From a virus (Duplodnaviria; Caudoviricetes), in the IMG/VR virus record IMGVR_UViG_3300021256_000057, positions 119,568 to 183,567 of that record: DNA of 64,000 nucleotides; one strand, given 5' to 3'. The position numbers were made by a program, and so were the translations under genes. Every line of letters begins with the position of its first letter. Position 1 is the first letter of the stretch. The notes beneath the pieces were generated by a model. It was given only the letters and a program-made list of their open reading frames with translations. It searched no databases and was not told the DNA's origin. Below, piece after piece: positions 29,147 through 39,041 of this stretch.

Positions 29147-30013
29147 TCATCCATTGTTTACATCGATTCCGGTGATCTCTTTGAATATCTCTGCATCAAA
29201 ATTAGGTAGAGCTGTTACCATCTGCTTTTGCATATCTGTAAATTTATTCCACATATTACGAAATGCAGTCTTATAATCATAAGACTTTAGATATCCACCC
29301 ATTGCTACATACTCAGGATGCTCCTGTTTTTCTTTCCTTGTCATTCTGCTTTCAACAACCCATTCACTCAAATGAAAATTTCTTCGTAGTACCCTATACC
29401 CAGGCAATTTCTGAAACTCCGAGTGAGTCATGCTCGTTGGCTTATTGAATACAAACAAAGGTGCTTCTTCAGTGTTGAAGTATCCAGAAGAATAATCAGT
29501 GGAGTTGAAATCACCGCTGTTCCAATCACCGCTGTTGCAATCACCGCTATTGCGATAACCGCTGTTGTAAAAACCGCTGTTGTAATCACCACTGTTTTTA
29601 TTGCCGCTATTGGAAAGGCCACTGTTGAAATCGCCGCTGTTGAGATCACCACGGTTATAATTACCGCTGTTGGAAAAACCTCTGTTGCGATAACCCGTAC
29701 ATGCTTTACTTGTATTTACCAAATCCAGCACTTCATACCACGACATCTCTTTTAATATCGTGATAACATCAGTTGCACATATACCATCGGATTCTGCAAT
29801 AGTCCCAGAAGCCTCGATCACAGCGACTTTGTTTTCTGGATCAAACTTATCGTAGTCGAAGCAATCAGATAGTTTTTTACAAAAGTGAAACCCACGCACA
29901 CAAATCTGAAGATCGCCATCCAAAATATAGGTCTTACCTACTTCGTATTGAAATCCACTGCACGTCCAATCTGGATTGAATACTTTGTACCCGATTACGC
30001 CCATATAGTTCAC
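29147..30013 (-). CDS. pentapeptide (NSGxx) repeat protein
   Basis: GYKVFNPDWTC..GFHFC N-terminal domain; ~14 tandem 15-bp units at ~29505-29700. Confidence 0.8.
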   Translation of the reverse strand: MNYMGVIGYKVFNPDWTCSGFQYEVGKTYILDGDLQICVRGFHFCKKLSDCFDYDKFDPENKVAVIEASGTIAESDGICATDVITILKEMSWYEVLDLVNTSKACTGYRNRGFSNSGNYNRGDLNSGDFNSGLSNSGNKNSGDYNSGFYNSGYRNSGDCNSGDWNSGDFNSTDYSSGYFNTEEAPLFVFNKPTSMTHSEFQKLPGYRVLRRNFHLSEWVVESRMTRKEKQEHPEYVAMGGYLKSYDYKTAFRNMWNKFTDMQKQMVTALPNFDAEIFKEITGIDVNNG

Positions 30014-30024
30014 CCTTTCATTGA

Positions 30025-30459
30025 TTATGACTCTTCAACTGGTACTGCACTGTCAAGATCGATATGAAACTCACCACCATCGATATGCGCTTCAAAGGAC
30101 TTCCAGTTTTTAGTATCAGTAGCATACTTAACTACTACGGCTTGTGGAAATGTGAGTTCCACACGACCGGCAACAAAACCAATACCGTGGGCATGGTTTT
30201 CTACCTTAAAAGAGAACTTCTGGTTTTCATCGTATCTTTCACCATCAATGATGATATGAAAACCGTTTGAAATGCTCCTCCAAGAAACAACATCCCTATT
30301 ACCATACATGTCAAATACATTTGAATCCTTAGCATATTTGTAGCTGCCGTAGTGAATGCTGTACTCATCATCAGGGTCATTATTACTAATGACTAGACGA
30401 GTGTCATCGCAAAACCCCTCTTGGAGTTTGAGCATTTTGATCAGATCATTGAGTGTCAT
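30025..30459 (-). CDS. tandem paralog B
   Basis: MTLNDLIKMLKL. Confidence 0.65.
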   Translation of the reverse strand: MTLNDLIKMLKLQEGFCDDTRLVISNNDPDDEYSIHYGSYKYAKDSNVFDMYGNRDVVSWRSISNGFHIIIDGERYDENQKFSFKVENHAHGIGFVAGRVELTFPQAVVVKYATDTKNWKSFEAHIDGGEFHIDLDSAVPVEES

Positions 30460-30479
30460 ATTAAAACCATCCTATCAAT

Positions 30480-30932
30480 TCAATCTTCTACTGGTTCTGC
30501 GCTTTTGATGTCGATGCCAAAAACTGGGGTGTCATACGAATCATCCTCGTAATCTAGCCAATTCTCTGAATTTGTAGCATAATCTACCGCCAATGCCTGA
30601 TCCATTGTCAGTTTTACTCGACCCGCTGCATATCCCTCACAAGATCCGATTGATACCTTGAAGTAAAACTTCTGATCGGGCTTATAACGATCCCCCTCTA
30701 TGCCGATACGAACACCATCTGCAGTGTCCTCCCAAATCGATACATTCCGCGTCCCATACATAACAAAAAGGCTTGTTCTCCTAGCATCGGCATAGCTACC
30801 ATCGAAAATGTTGCCTTTTCCGTCAAAGTTCATCAGGTAAACAATCAGCGAAGTTTTAAAATCAAACCCCTTCATGAGCTTGAGCATTTCGATCAGATCA
30901 TTGAGTGTCATTTCCATTTTCCTCCTATCCAT
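30480..30932 (-). CDS. tandem paralog A
   Basis: MTLNDLIEMLKL. Confidence 0.65.
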   Translation of the reverse strand: MDRRKMEMTLNDLIEMLKLMKGFDFKTSLIVYLMNFDGKGNIFDGSYADARRTSLFVMYGTRNVSIWEDTADGVRIGIEGDRYKPDQKFYFKVSIGSCEGYAAGRVKLTMDQALAVDYATNSENWLDYEDDSYDTPVFGIDIKSAEPVED

Positions 30933-30972
30933 GTTTTGTTGTTATGTATAACGAGTTGTCACACATAAGATG

Positions 30973-31290
30973 TCAGATGGAGTACACAACTTTCCCCCAG
31001 CGCATGGACTCGGGGAAATACTCGCACCAGGACTTCTTCGGGTGCGACATACACCTACAAGTACCTGCATACCCATTAAGGCAGGTGTAATCGTTGTAGA
31101 ACACACGTCCACCGACGGCCACGAAGTCTGGTGTATCCCGGTTATCCTTGATATCATCAAACTTCTCCATAGACATCTCGACTGCTTCGTACTCAAACGG
31201 CCCCATACCGTTACAATACGCCTTGATCTTCATAGTCTTCTCCATTTCTCCCCGTCTTGCCGATAGGTCAGCGGCTATGCTTAATTTCAA
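30973..31290 (-). CDS. hypothetical protein
   Basis: 105-aa ORF, coupled to upstream gene. Confidence 0.5.
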   Translation of the reverse strand: MKLSIAADLSARRGEMEKTMKIKAYCNGMGPFEYEAVEMSMEKFDDIKDNRDTPDFVAVGGRVFYNDYTCLNGYAGTCRCMSHPKKSWCEYFPESMRWGKVVYSI

Positions 31291-31667
31291 TCTTCCCAGT
31301 ATTCTGGTGGCACTAACTCCTGCCCGTACAGGTTATACCATCTTCCGCATCGACGGCATTGACACGCTCCCATATACTCATCCGTAAGATACACGATTTC
31401 ACCGCAGGAACAAGTACCATGAGCTGGTTCGATGATCGTTCTTGTCCATCTCTTCACTACGTTGTATTCTGCATGGTAAAGCTCTGGATGCTCCATAGCA
31501 TACATGTAATTGAGCCTTGCCGCTTCACATGCAAATTTTGGAGTTCCGTTCTCATCGCAGTCAAAACAGAAGCCAGCGCCCTCCTCGTTTGTGAAGTCGA
31601 TGGACCTCTCCTCAATCTCAACAGGATGCCTTTGGATTATGTTTTTTAGCATGACATTCCACCTCAT
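31287..31667 (-). CDS. zinc-ribbon hypothetical protein
   Basis: CSCG..CRRCG. Confidence 0.6.
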   Translation of the reverse strand: MRWNVMLKNIIQRHPVEIEERSIDFTNEEGAGFCFDCDENGTPKFACEAARLNYMYAMEHPELYHAEYNVVKRWTRTIIEPAHGTCSCGEIVYLTDEYMGACQCRRCGRWYNLYGQELVPPEYWED

Positions 31668-31703
31668 TTTCTAGTAGCGCAGTGATCAGAGCTGATATTA
31701 CAT

Positions 31704-32027
31704 TTAGAAAGTCGTCCAATCAATAAGCCCAAGGTTATCCATTGTCGACTCATAGCACTCACGCGCAATCTTATAATCGTTAAATGCAGAGTGTACGTCA
31801 AGCTGTGCAGGTCTCTCTTCTTCACGAAAGGCATCAAGCATGGCATCAAGTTCCGCCTTGGAAGCCCCCTCGTTCTTTCGACGCTCATACAGGCTTTGGT
31901 GATGGTCGCACATCTTTGCATATACATCGGAGGCCTTCTGCCAAGCGTCATAATACTTCTTCCCTTCGGTCTTAATGAACTCAGTGGAAATATCTCCCCA
32001 GTTAATTGCATTATTCTTCTTCATAAC
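31704..32027 (-). CDS. early hypothetical protein
   Basis: TTGACA-17-TACAAT at 32075-32103 upstream. Confidence 0.6.
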   Translation of the reverse strand, partial: VMKKNNAINWGDISTEFIKTEGKKYYDAWQKASDVYAKMCDHHQSLYERRKNEGASKAELDAMLDAFREEERPAQLDVHSAFNDYKIARECYESTMDNLGLIDWTTF

Positions 32028-32252
32028 ATACGCCCCTTTCAATATGATACTTGGTTATTCATATCCTTTACTATATTGTACCACAAACAAAGTCATTTGT
32101 CAACGTCTCAAACTCATTTGATGTGCTTTTTGCAGAAGTTTGTATGATTACACAAATAGCATCATTTGATATTGTGAATTATGTCAATTGTATATCATTT
32201 GATTTGCATGGGTAGATAATTTCACACTATCCACCCATGCGAATACCAATGA

Positions 32253-33113
32253 TCATTCAGTGCTGAGTACCTTGAGTCCATACGCTCTGCTCATGGGGAC
32301 AACGTAATCGAACTCAGGTCCCTCGAATACGAAGAGGGTATCGCCAGTAGTCTTGTTGACACGCTGCTCACCAAAGTAGCAAGCTGCTGTACCATCATCC
32401 ATCTTGACGGTGATGCACTCATACTGGTTGCTAATGACATCACCGAAGACAGGATCATCATGATAGTGTTCCGGCATAAATACCGACTTATACGGTGCAA
32501 GTACCACACGGAGCTGGTCGATGATTTTATCCTCCTTGGTCATGAGACGCTTTCCGAGCTTCTCGTTGCTCAGGATCTTATCCACATAGGCAAGCGCATC
32601 GTTGTCAAGATCAGCGATCATCTTCCAGAACGGGCCTACATTCTTCTTGCGGATGCAGATGTCAAGGAAATCATACTCATCGCCGATGTAGGTCTGGAAC
32701 AGGTCTACCTCGCTATTGCCACCGCTGACGATGTTGCTGATCTCGTTCTCTACAGGCTCCTGGTCACGCTTGATCTTACGAACATCAGCGTATGCATTGG
32801 AGATGATACGGCGCATATACCTCTCATTGTATGCTTTCTTAGACGGCTTGTTTACAAACCTAGTAAATGTCTTGAACAGCTCGTTGATGCACATTGCAGC
32901 ATCCATCCAGAACGCACCGCTGTCCATGGTCTTTACGATCTCATTATACACAACATCGTAGAAATTGACAAAAAGAGCCGCCTGACGGAGGTCGATGGGG
33001 AGCTTGAGCCAGCTCTCATAGTCGAGCGGATAAGTAGCACCTGCCGCGGTAGTGGCAGCGTAGTAGCGCTTCTTAGTTTCATTAAACTGAGTGAGGTCTA
33101 GATACGGTTTCAT
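32253..33113 (-). CDS. putative phage sigma-factor-like protein
   Basis: YMRRIISNAYADVRKIKR resembles sigma70 region 2.3-2.4; consensus sigmaA promoter upstream. Confidence 0.45.
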   Translation of the reverse strand: MKPYLDLTQFNETKKRYYAATTAAGATYPLDYESWLKLPIDLRQAALFVNFYDVVYNEIVKTMDSGAFWMDAAMCINELFKTFTRFVNKPSKKAYNERYMRRIISNAYADVRKIKRDQEPVENEISNIVSGGNSEVDLFQTYIGDEYDFLDICIRKKNVGPFWKMIADLDNDALAYVDKILSNEKLGKRLMTKEDKIIDQLRVVLAPYKSVFMPEHYHDDPVFGDVISNQYECITVKMDDGTAACYFGEQRVNKTTGDTLFVFEGPEFDYVVPMSRAYGLKVLSTE

Positions 33114-33219
33114 TGTATTACTTCCTTTCTTTATATATGTGATTGGCGGATCTCAATTTATATAACGAGTGATGTGTTCAAATAATCTTTGTTCACTATA
33201 CTCGTTATAGTATGCAAGA

Positions 33220-33373
33220 TACACTCGTTGCAGTTAAATTACACGTCTTGCCGTGTATCTTGATTATATTATACACGGTTTGTCGTGTAATGTCAATCGT
33301 CAAAGCGCTAAAATATTTACACGGATTTTAGTGTAATATCTACATTGACAAACGTGTAATAATATGTTATACT
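33220..33373. promoter_or_regulatory. divergent sigmaA promoters overlapped by TACACG-N6-CGTGTA operators
   Basis: Minus TTGACA(33296)-17-TATAAT(33268); plus TTGACA(33345)-17-TATACT(33373); operators at 33240, 33272, 33318, 33341. Confidence 0.85.
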
Positions 33374-33402
33374 ATATATATCTTTATTTATGGAGGGATA
33401 CT

Positions 33403-33609
33403 ATGCCTATCAAGTACAAAAAGGACATTCTTGCAGAACTTAAAAAGGCCGGATATAATACGAATCGTATCAGAAAAGAGAAACTGTTATCAGAGAGCAC
33501 ACTTCAATATCTTAGAAGTGGTAAAATGATCTCTATTGATGCCGTTGGGAAGATATGTGGCCTGCTGCACTGCCAACCCGGAGATTTAATTGAATATTCA
33601 GAGGAATAA
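33403..33609 (+). CDS. XRE/Cro-CI HTH regulator
   Basis: GGAGG SD; KICGLLHCQPGDLIEY. Confidence 0.85.
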   Translation: MPIKYKKDILAELKKAGYNTNRIRKEKLLSESTLQYLRSGKMISIDAVGKICGLLHCQPGDLIEYSEE

Positions 33610-33616
33610 ACTAATT

Positions 33617-33820
33617 ATGTCTATTTCTTACGAAAAACTGTTCACTTTACTCAAGGAGCGTGGAAAAACTGAATACTATCTAAGAAAAAATGGTGTTAGT
33701 CCATCTATTCTTGCTAAGATCAAAAAGAAGACTGGTGGACTTGATTACCGAACGATCAATAAGATTTGTGAACTTCTCGACTGACAGCCCGGTGACATCA
33801 TGGAGTATATTAAAGATTGA
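33617..33820 (+). pseudogene. second XRE HTH regulator with in-frame TGA
   Basis: KICELLD*QPGDIMEYIKD; TGA 33782-33784 at conserved Cys position. Confidence 0.7.
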
Positions 33821-34041
33821 TAATTGAATTATTCATATTAAGCACAAAAATGACATTATTGCAGAGAAAAAGAGCATCCAGATTTACACGGATGCTCTTT
33901 ACTATTGCAAATTTGGATGTCAAATGATACAAAATTGATGAGGTTATTTTATCATGTTTGTCAATTGTTTATACTATAAGTTTGTGCTATAATAAAAAAG
34001 TGGTCGTTATGACCAATATCACACTGTATGGAGGTGTACCG

Positions 34042-35442
34042 ATGACCGTTGATAAACTAAATTCCTTACGACAACAGGATGTCAGCAAGATTCAATGGAA
34101 ACTGGCAGACAAAGTAAGGGGACGTGTAAAGCCGGATGATGTGGAGACTCTTCTGGTAGCTGCATACTTGGCTCTTAGAGCGGATAACAACAGTAGCATC
34201 AAATCTGACATCTTTGCTAAGTTCGATGAAGAGATGCGTGACCACATCGAAAAAGATTTATCTCTCTATGAAGAGATAGCAAAAGCAATGAATGAGGCAG
34301 TTTCAAAGGATGAGTTGCTTGCGTTCTTCATGTTCGGTGAGTACATGGATACTGACCGTAACATTGAACCGCAGGCATGTGTATGCAGATTGATTGCAAG
34401 ACTGCTGGATGTACAGGAAACAGACTCTGTTGTGGAGATAGGTAATACGCACGGAGCATTCATCGTAGAGGCGGAAGGATGCGGCATCCACACAGTATAC
34501 GGAAACTCGTTTGATACTGTTGCCAAGTTGCGTGCAGATATGCTTGGTGTGCAACTGCGTGAAGTCGAGCAGGACAAAGTGTATGACAAATCTGTGATAA
34601 TCCATCCAATCTACGACCACAAGCACGCAGATACTGTATATGATGAGATCATTCATGATGCGAAACTCTGCAAAACGAGCGCTGTTTTTGTGCTCAATGG
34701 ATTCACGTTCTCCACGAAGAGATCGGATGTAGAGCGCAGAAAACAGATATTCGATAGGATCAAAGCGGTCATCGAACTCCCTCCTGGCATGTGTAAAAGC
34801 TCTATGGTGTCAACATCAATCATAATTGTCGACAATGAACCCAGCAACATCCGACTCATTGATGCACAAATGATGTACACTGGAGAAGGAAGGCGTAGAT
34901 ATTTATCTATCGACGATATCGAGAGCATCAATAATATGATGCAAACAGATACAGAAAAAGCCCATACCTTGGACAAGTCAGCGATAGACAAGGAAAAGTG
35001 CATCATCATTCCATCTCACTACTATAATGTTACTGCTGGAAGACCTATGATGAATATCAGTGAGGCAGTAGTCAGCGTTTACGGAAGAAGAGAGTTGCTA
35101 AATCTTAATGAATATGATAATGGACTGGTTTTTTCAGGGAGAGACATCAAGGTTCTGACAGAAGATACAGACATCTCTAAAGCAAGATTGGTCGTTCTTC
35201 TGGATAGTTCAAAACTTCTTGCAGAGTATACTTCACTTTTCTTCAGCACCCAAGCTGGGCAAGACCTTATCAATTCTATCTCCTACACTGCTACAATGCC
35301 CATGTGGTCGAAAAACATGCTCGAACTGCTCTCTGTACCGGAAATGAGCATCGATGATCAGAAGAAAACGATAGCAGAGGCTAAATCGCTCAAGGAAACG
35401 ATCGATGATGCTACAAACAGGCTAAATTCTTTATTTGACTAA
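34042..35442 (+). CDS. degenerate Type I R-M HsdM-like protein with S-like C-terminus
   Basis: IKAVIELPPGMCKSSMVSTSIIIV, IRLIDA, IIPSHY; lacks NPPF and FxGxG motifs. Confidence 0.6.
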   Translation: MTVDKLNSLRQQDVSKIQWKLADKVRGRVKPDDVETLLVAAYLALRADNNSSIKSDIFAKFDEEMRDHIEKDLSLYEEIAKAMNEAVSKDELLAFFMFGEYMDTDRNIEPQACVCRLIARLLDVQETDSVVEIGNTHGAFIVEAEGCGIHTVYGNSFDTVAKLRADMLGVQLREVEQDKVYDKSVIIHPIYDHKHADTVYDEIIHDAKLCKTSAVFVLNGFTFSTKRSDVERRKQIFDRIKAVIELPPGMCKSSMVSTSIIIVDNEPSNIRLIDAQMMYTGEGRRRYLSIDDIESINNMMQTDTEKAHTLDKSAIDKEKCIIIPSHYYNVTAGRPMMNISEAVVSVYGRRELLNLNEYDNGLVFSGRDIKVLTEDTDISKARLVVLLDSSKLLAEYTSLFFSTQAGQDLINSISYTATMPMWSKNMLELLSVPEMSIDDQKKTIAEAKSLKETIDDATNRLNSLFD

Positions 35443-35445
35443 AAC

Positions 35446-35482
35446 AAATTGCCTGAGAGATCATGTGTCTCTCAGGCAATTA
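35446..35482. terminator. bidirectional terminator between convergent genes
   Basis: AATTGCCTGAGAGA/TCTCTCAGGCAATT. Confidence 0.75.
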
Positions 35483-35499
35483 TGCTACATGGATTTAAT

Positions 35500-36039
35500 T
35501 CAGTAAACTTCAAACAGCTCTCGCTCGATTCTAGTGACTTCTATGTAAATCGGTGCAAGCCGCTTCAACACCCCTTCATACGGCTCTGCATATGATCTTT
35601 GTATCTCGATGTCCTCTTCGATCTCGATGTCCTTCATCTCTTCAATATCGCGTTCGAGGTCAATGCCGTATGGAGGCCTATCTGCATCATAGTTGAACGT
35701 ACTACCGTTAAGCATGGATTCAACATACATTGGGTCTACTTTATCGGTATCGATCACAAATACCAATGCTTTGAAATTGATGTATACCCTCTCACCATCA
35801 TTGGGAATCAGTGCGATAGCTCTGCCATGGTCAGATGGTATCACGATACAAGGAGCATCTACACAATACTGCTCTGGTACTTCTGCATATCTGTCTACAG
35901 AGTAGAGATAATTGGTATTGATGTACCTTGTAAGGTCTATTCTCCTAAGAAGTCGAGTTCCAGTTGGTTTTGGACATGGTGTGACATCTATTCCGTGCTT
36001 TGTCATAAAGCACTTTTTTGATGCATCAGTTAAAGTCAT
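35500..36039 (-). CDS. HsdS half-subunit-like protein
   Basis: VDPMYVESMLNG..IEIQRSYAE resembles TRD plus helical spacer. Confidence 0.4.
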   Translation of the reverse strand: MTLTDASKKCFMTKHGIDVTPCPKPTGTRLLRRIDLTRYINTNYLYSVDRYAEVPEQYCVDAPCIVIPSDHGRAIALIPNDGERVYINFKALVFVIDTDKVDPMYVESMLNGSTFNYDADRPPYGIDLERDIEEMKDIEIEEDIEIQRSYAEPYEGVLKRLAPIYIEVTRIERELFEVY

Positions 36040-36221
36040 AATATCACTTCCATCTCTAGTATAATATGGTTAGGATGATCCTTATTTATATTATACAAGA
36101 AATGTCACAAAAAGTATATTGACACAACGTACAAAATTACCACGGATTATTTGGATGGATGGAAAAACAATTAGAGGGGTCAGATGATCCGACCCCTCTT
36201 GTGTTATTGTATTGTGTTCGA

Positions 36222-38159
36222 TCAAGCACCAAACTGTGATAGGTCAGTTCCAGGCGGCAGAGCGATGAGGTCGATGGTAATATCATTGATAACACCAGGG
36301 ATGACCAGATAGATCTTACCGATAACTGAATTTGCATTTACCTGAGCCAGACCATCGATATCTGCTGCCATTGTAATGTAGTAATCATTGATAGCGCCTA
36401 CATTCTTCATGGTATCAAGGAGTGGTGTCATGCCAGCGTAGAACTTATCATAAGCCGCATTGTTGTTGTACTGGAATGTGATCGAGATACCGCAGCGATA
36501 TGATCTATCCTCAACGGCATTTACAAGCCAACGTGTAGAGAGATTTGCAAGTGCCTGGTACGTTGCAAGCGGCTTGTTGAACAGAGTGGAGTTGCCCCAG
36601 ATGTTAGTACCGAGGTCAGGAATCTGAGTAAGAGCATTTACACCTACGCCGTAGTTGTTATTCTGCCATACATCCATGATCTTCTTCGGGACTTTATACT
36701 CAAGTTTTCCGATCTTCAAATTGTGTTTGCGGTTGGTAGGCAATGCCCACTCATATTGTACAGCCTGATTGAGGATCTGTGCTCTCTCAATAAGGAGAGC
36801 AATCAAGGATGGGGATGTAAGAACAGACTTGCCCATGCCTGCAAGTGTGTAATACGCCCACGGAGCGAACAACGCAGAGTTCGTTGTATAGAGCTTACCG
36901 TTGTTCTCTAGCAGAACAGTAGCAGGCGTGCTTGCAGCGAGCTTCTGTGCGTATCCGCCGTTTGTTTCATCACATACATACTTTCTTGCACAGGACTTTG
37001 GAATATCAAGATACGCTGTAGCGCAGCGGCTATAGTATGCTGTGAGCATCAGCTTATGATGGAGCGGAGATACTACAGCAAGAGGAGTAGCCATCTTCTC
37101 AGAAGAATCATTGATCCACTGGATATCCTGATCATCCCAGCCAGGGCAGATCACACGATTAGGAGCATAGTTGAGCTTGTCCTCAAGGCAGCTATATGCG
37201 AAATATGCATATGTGTATAGCCACTCTCTGTAATAGATCAGATTTGCACGAGCAGGTGAAACACTTGAAGAAGCTGATGAGCCAAGATTATTTATCGCAG
37301 TATAATACTGCATCGTTGTCCAACTATCTGCTGGGTAGCCTGCCCCAAGAGGGTCTGGAGATGTATATCTTATCTGTGCAAGAGCAAGGACTTTCTTCTT
37401 GATCGTGCTATCCGAATGCTCTTGGTCGTCCCAAACACCCTCAGATACTACCGTATAGTCAGACCCATTTATTAGCGACATAGGATCTTCCGTACCCGGT
37501 TTGAACATAAAAGTATCATCAAGATCGGATGGCTTTGTAAATACAACATAATTAGACTCGACCTCACCAATATATGGAATGGTGTCTGTGGAGTTTGTAG
37601 GATCCATGCAGAATACAAGATTCTCTACAGCAGATCGAGCGCCTGAAGAGTCTTTTACATACACAATTGCAGTGCAATATGTTGTATCAGCCTGCTTAAT
37701 AAACGTAACAAGGATATTATTACCAAATGAGCCTGGATACTTTGCGGCTACAGTAAGTTGACGAACAACTGGCTGTCCACCAGAAGTACCGGCTTTCTCA
37801 AAATTAAATCCTCTAGATGCCGTAGCGCCAGGAGACAATCTACATGCCAGAACATCGTATCCAGCGGTAAGCAATGTAATGGCCATCTGATATGAGTAGT
37901 CATTTGCTAGACGATACTCCGTAGATGGACCGCGATACGTTGCAACAAACTGTTCCAAGCCCTCTCGGGTTGCCGGGAAGTGAAGCCACTGTGTCTCTTC
38001 CAATGCATCAGCTACAGTATCAGTAGAGATGGTACCGCTGATATTGGTCAGCGCTGGACCCCATGAAGCTGTAATTGGAAGTGCTACAGTACAGTATTCA
38101 GATGCACCGATATTAAACGTGTAATTCTGGCTAAATTCATTGATCACTATCTGTGCCAT
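36222..38159 (-). CDS. tail sheath protein
   Basis: AKYPGSFGNNI, IWGNSTL, sheath C-terminal domain. Confidence 0.9.
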   Translation of the reverse strand: MAQIVINEFSQNYTFNIGASEYCTVALPITASWGPALTNISGTISTDTVADALEETQWLHFPATREGLEQFVATYRGPSTEYRLANDYSYQMAITLLTAGYDVLACRLSPGATASRGFNFEKAGTSGGQPVVRQLTVAAKYPGSFGNNILVTFIKQADTTYCTAIVYVKDSSGARSAVENLVFCMDPTNSTDTIPYIGEVESNYVVFTKPSDLDDTFMFKPGTEDPMSLINGSDYTVVSEGVWDDQEHSDSTIKKKVLALAQIRYTSPDPLGAGYPADSWTTMQYYTAINNLGSSASSSVSPARANLIYYREWLYTYAYFAYSCLEDKLNYAPNRVICPGWDDQDIQWINDSSEKMATPLAVVSPLHHKLMLTAYYSRCATAYLDIPKSCARKYVCDETNGGYAQKLAASTPATVLLENNGKLYTTNSALFAPWAYYTLAGMGKSVLTSPSLIALLIERAQILNQAVQYEWALPTNRKHNLKIGKLEYKVPKKIMDVWQNNNYGVGVNALTQIPDLGTNIWGNSTLFNKPLATYQALANLSTRWLVNAVEDRSYRCGISITFQYNNNAAYDKFYAGMTPLLDTMKNVGAINDYYITMAADIDGLAQVNANSVIGKIYLVIPGVINDITIDLIALPPGTDLSQFGA

Positions 38160-38397
38160 TTTCCATGCTCTCCTTTACATTAAGTGATTTTCTGGAACGA
38201 TGCTTTGTGACCTCAGACTTTTCTGACTCATCAGTCACAGGAACTTGTTCCGTCTTTGTATTATCTACAGGTGGATCATTTACACGGATAAGATCTCTAC
38301 TCCAGATAGGCTCTGGTAGTCCTCGAACCTCTCCGGCAGGAATGGTAATACCAAATGCGACCTTATCTATGCTTGTCCTATTATAATAGAAGTACAT
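38137..38397 (-). CDS. small hypothetical protein
   Basis: Follows late motif at 38429. Confidence 0.6.
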   Translation of the reverse strand: MYFYYNRTSIDKVAFGITIPAGEVRGLPEPIWSRDLIRVNDPPVDNTKTEQVPVTDESEKSEVTKHRSRKSLNVKESMENGTDSDQ

Positions 38398-38437
38398 TAT
38401 CTCACGCTCCTAATAATGGATTCAATAGTATATAAGG

Positions 38438-39040
38438 TTAGCTTTCGTGAATAGCAACTTCATGTGTCATTCGTTTTAGATGTGCGGGAGTATAATTAAC
38501 AAGAACTGCACCATCACACACCAAGTTAAGAATGCTTTGATATAATCTTCCTGTCTCAAGGTACTCACCAGAGGATGACTGTACTGCGCCACTACTATTT
38601 TCAAGCCTTACTCCAAACCGAACACGTCTATTACACTCATACGGGAGAGTGATAGTGTAAAAATACTCAGATGTATATTTGAATACTAATTCTCGTATGA
38701 TCTCATCCATATCCTCTTGATTTGTTGTAAGGATGGTCATAGCGTAGGTTAGCCGTATAGGTATGACTTTTTCATAATACAAATTATTAGTTTTTGGATC
38801 AATGACTGATACTACGCCAGCTTGCGCCCAGCTCGAATTTGGATGATCGGAATTGAGATCATATTCTCGTGACAAGGCAACTATCGGAAATTTGATGTTA
38901 TCATTCTGAATCTGAGCGGCTAGACCTACCATCTGCTCTGGGCTAATGACTCTTACAACAGGCTCATCCACTTCGCCAGGATTGAAGCTATTTATCAGAT
39001 CATCTACGATAGCTCTATCATATAAATACACCATGCACAC
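38438..39040 (-). CDS. tail terminator / sheath stabiliser (gp15-like)
   Basis: FPIVALSR..IPIRLTY..DMDEIIREL; position before sheath. Confidence 0.55.
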   Translation of the reverse strand: MCMVYLYDRAIVDDLINSFNPGEVDEPVVRVISPEQMVGLAAQIQNDNIKFPIVALSREYDLNSDHPNSSWAQAGVVSVIDPKTNNLYYEKVIPIRLTYAMTILTTNQEDMDEIIRELVFKYTSEYFYTITLPYECNRRVRFGVRLENSSGAVQSSSGEYLETGRLYQSILNLVCDGAVLVNYTPAHLKRMTHEVAIHES

Positions 39041-39041
39041 A

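Noticed and set aside
29500-29700. CRISPR array or DGR variable region
   Set aside because: 15-bp in-frame coding repeats; no spacers, template repeat or reverse transcriptase seen.
3299-33820. Genome-wide stop-codon reassignment suggested by in-frame TAG/TGA
   Set aside because: Long genes are intact in code 11 and TAA, TAG and TGA all terminate well-supported genes; the stops are local lesions.
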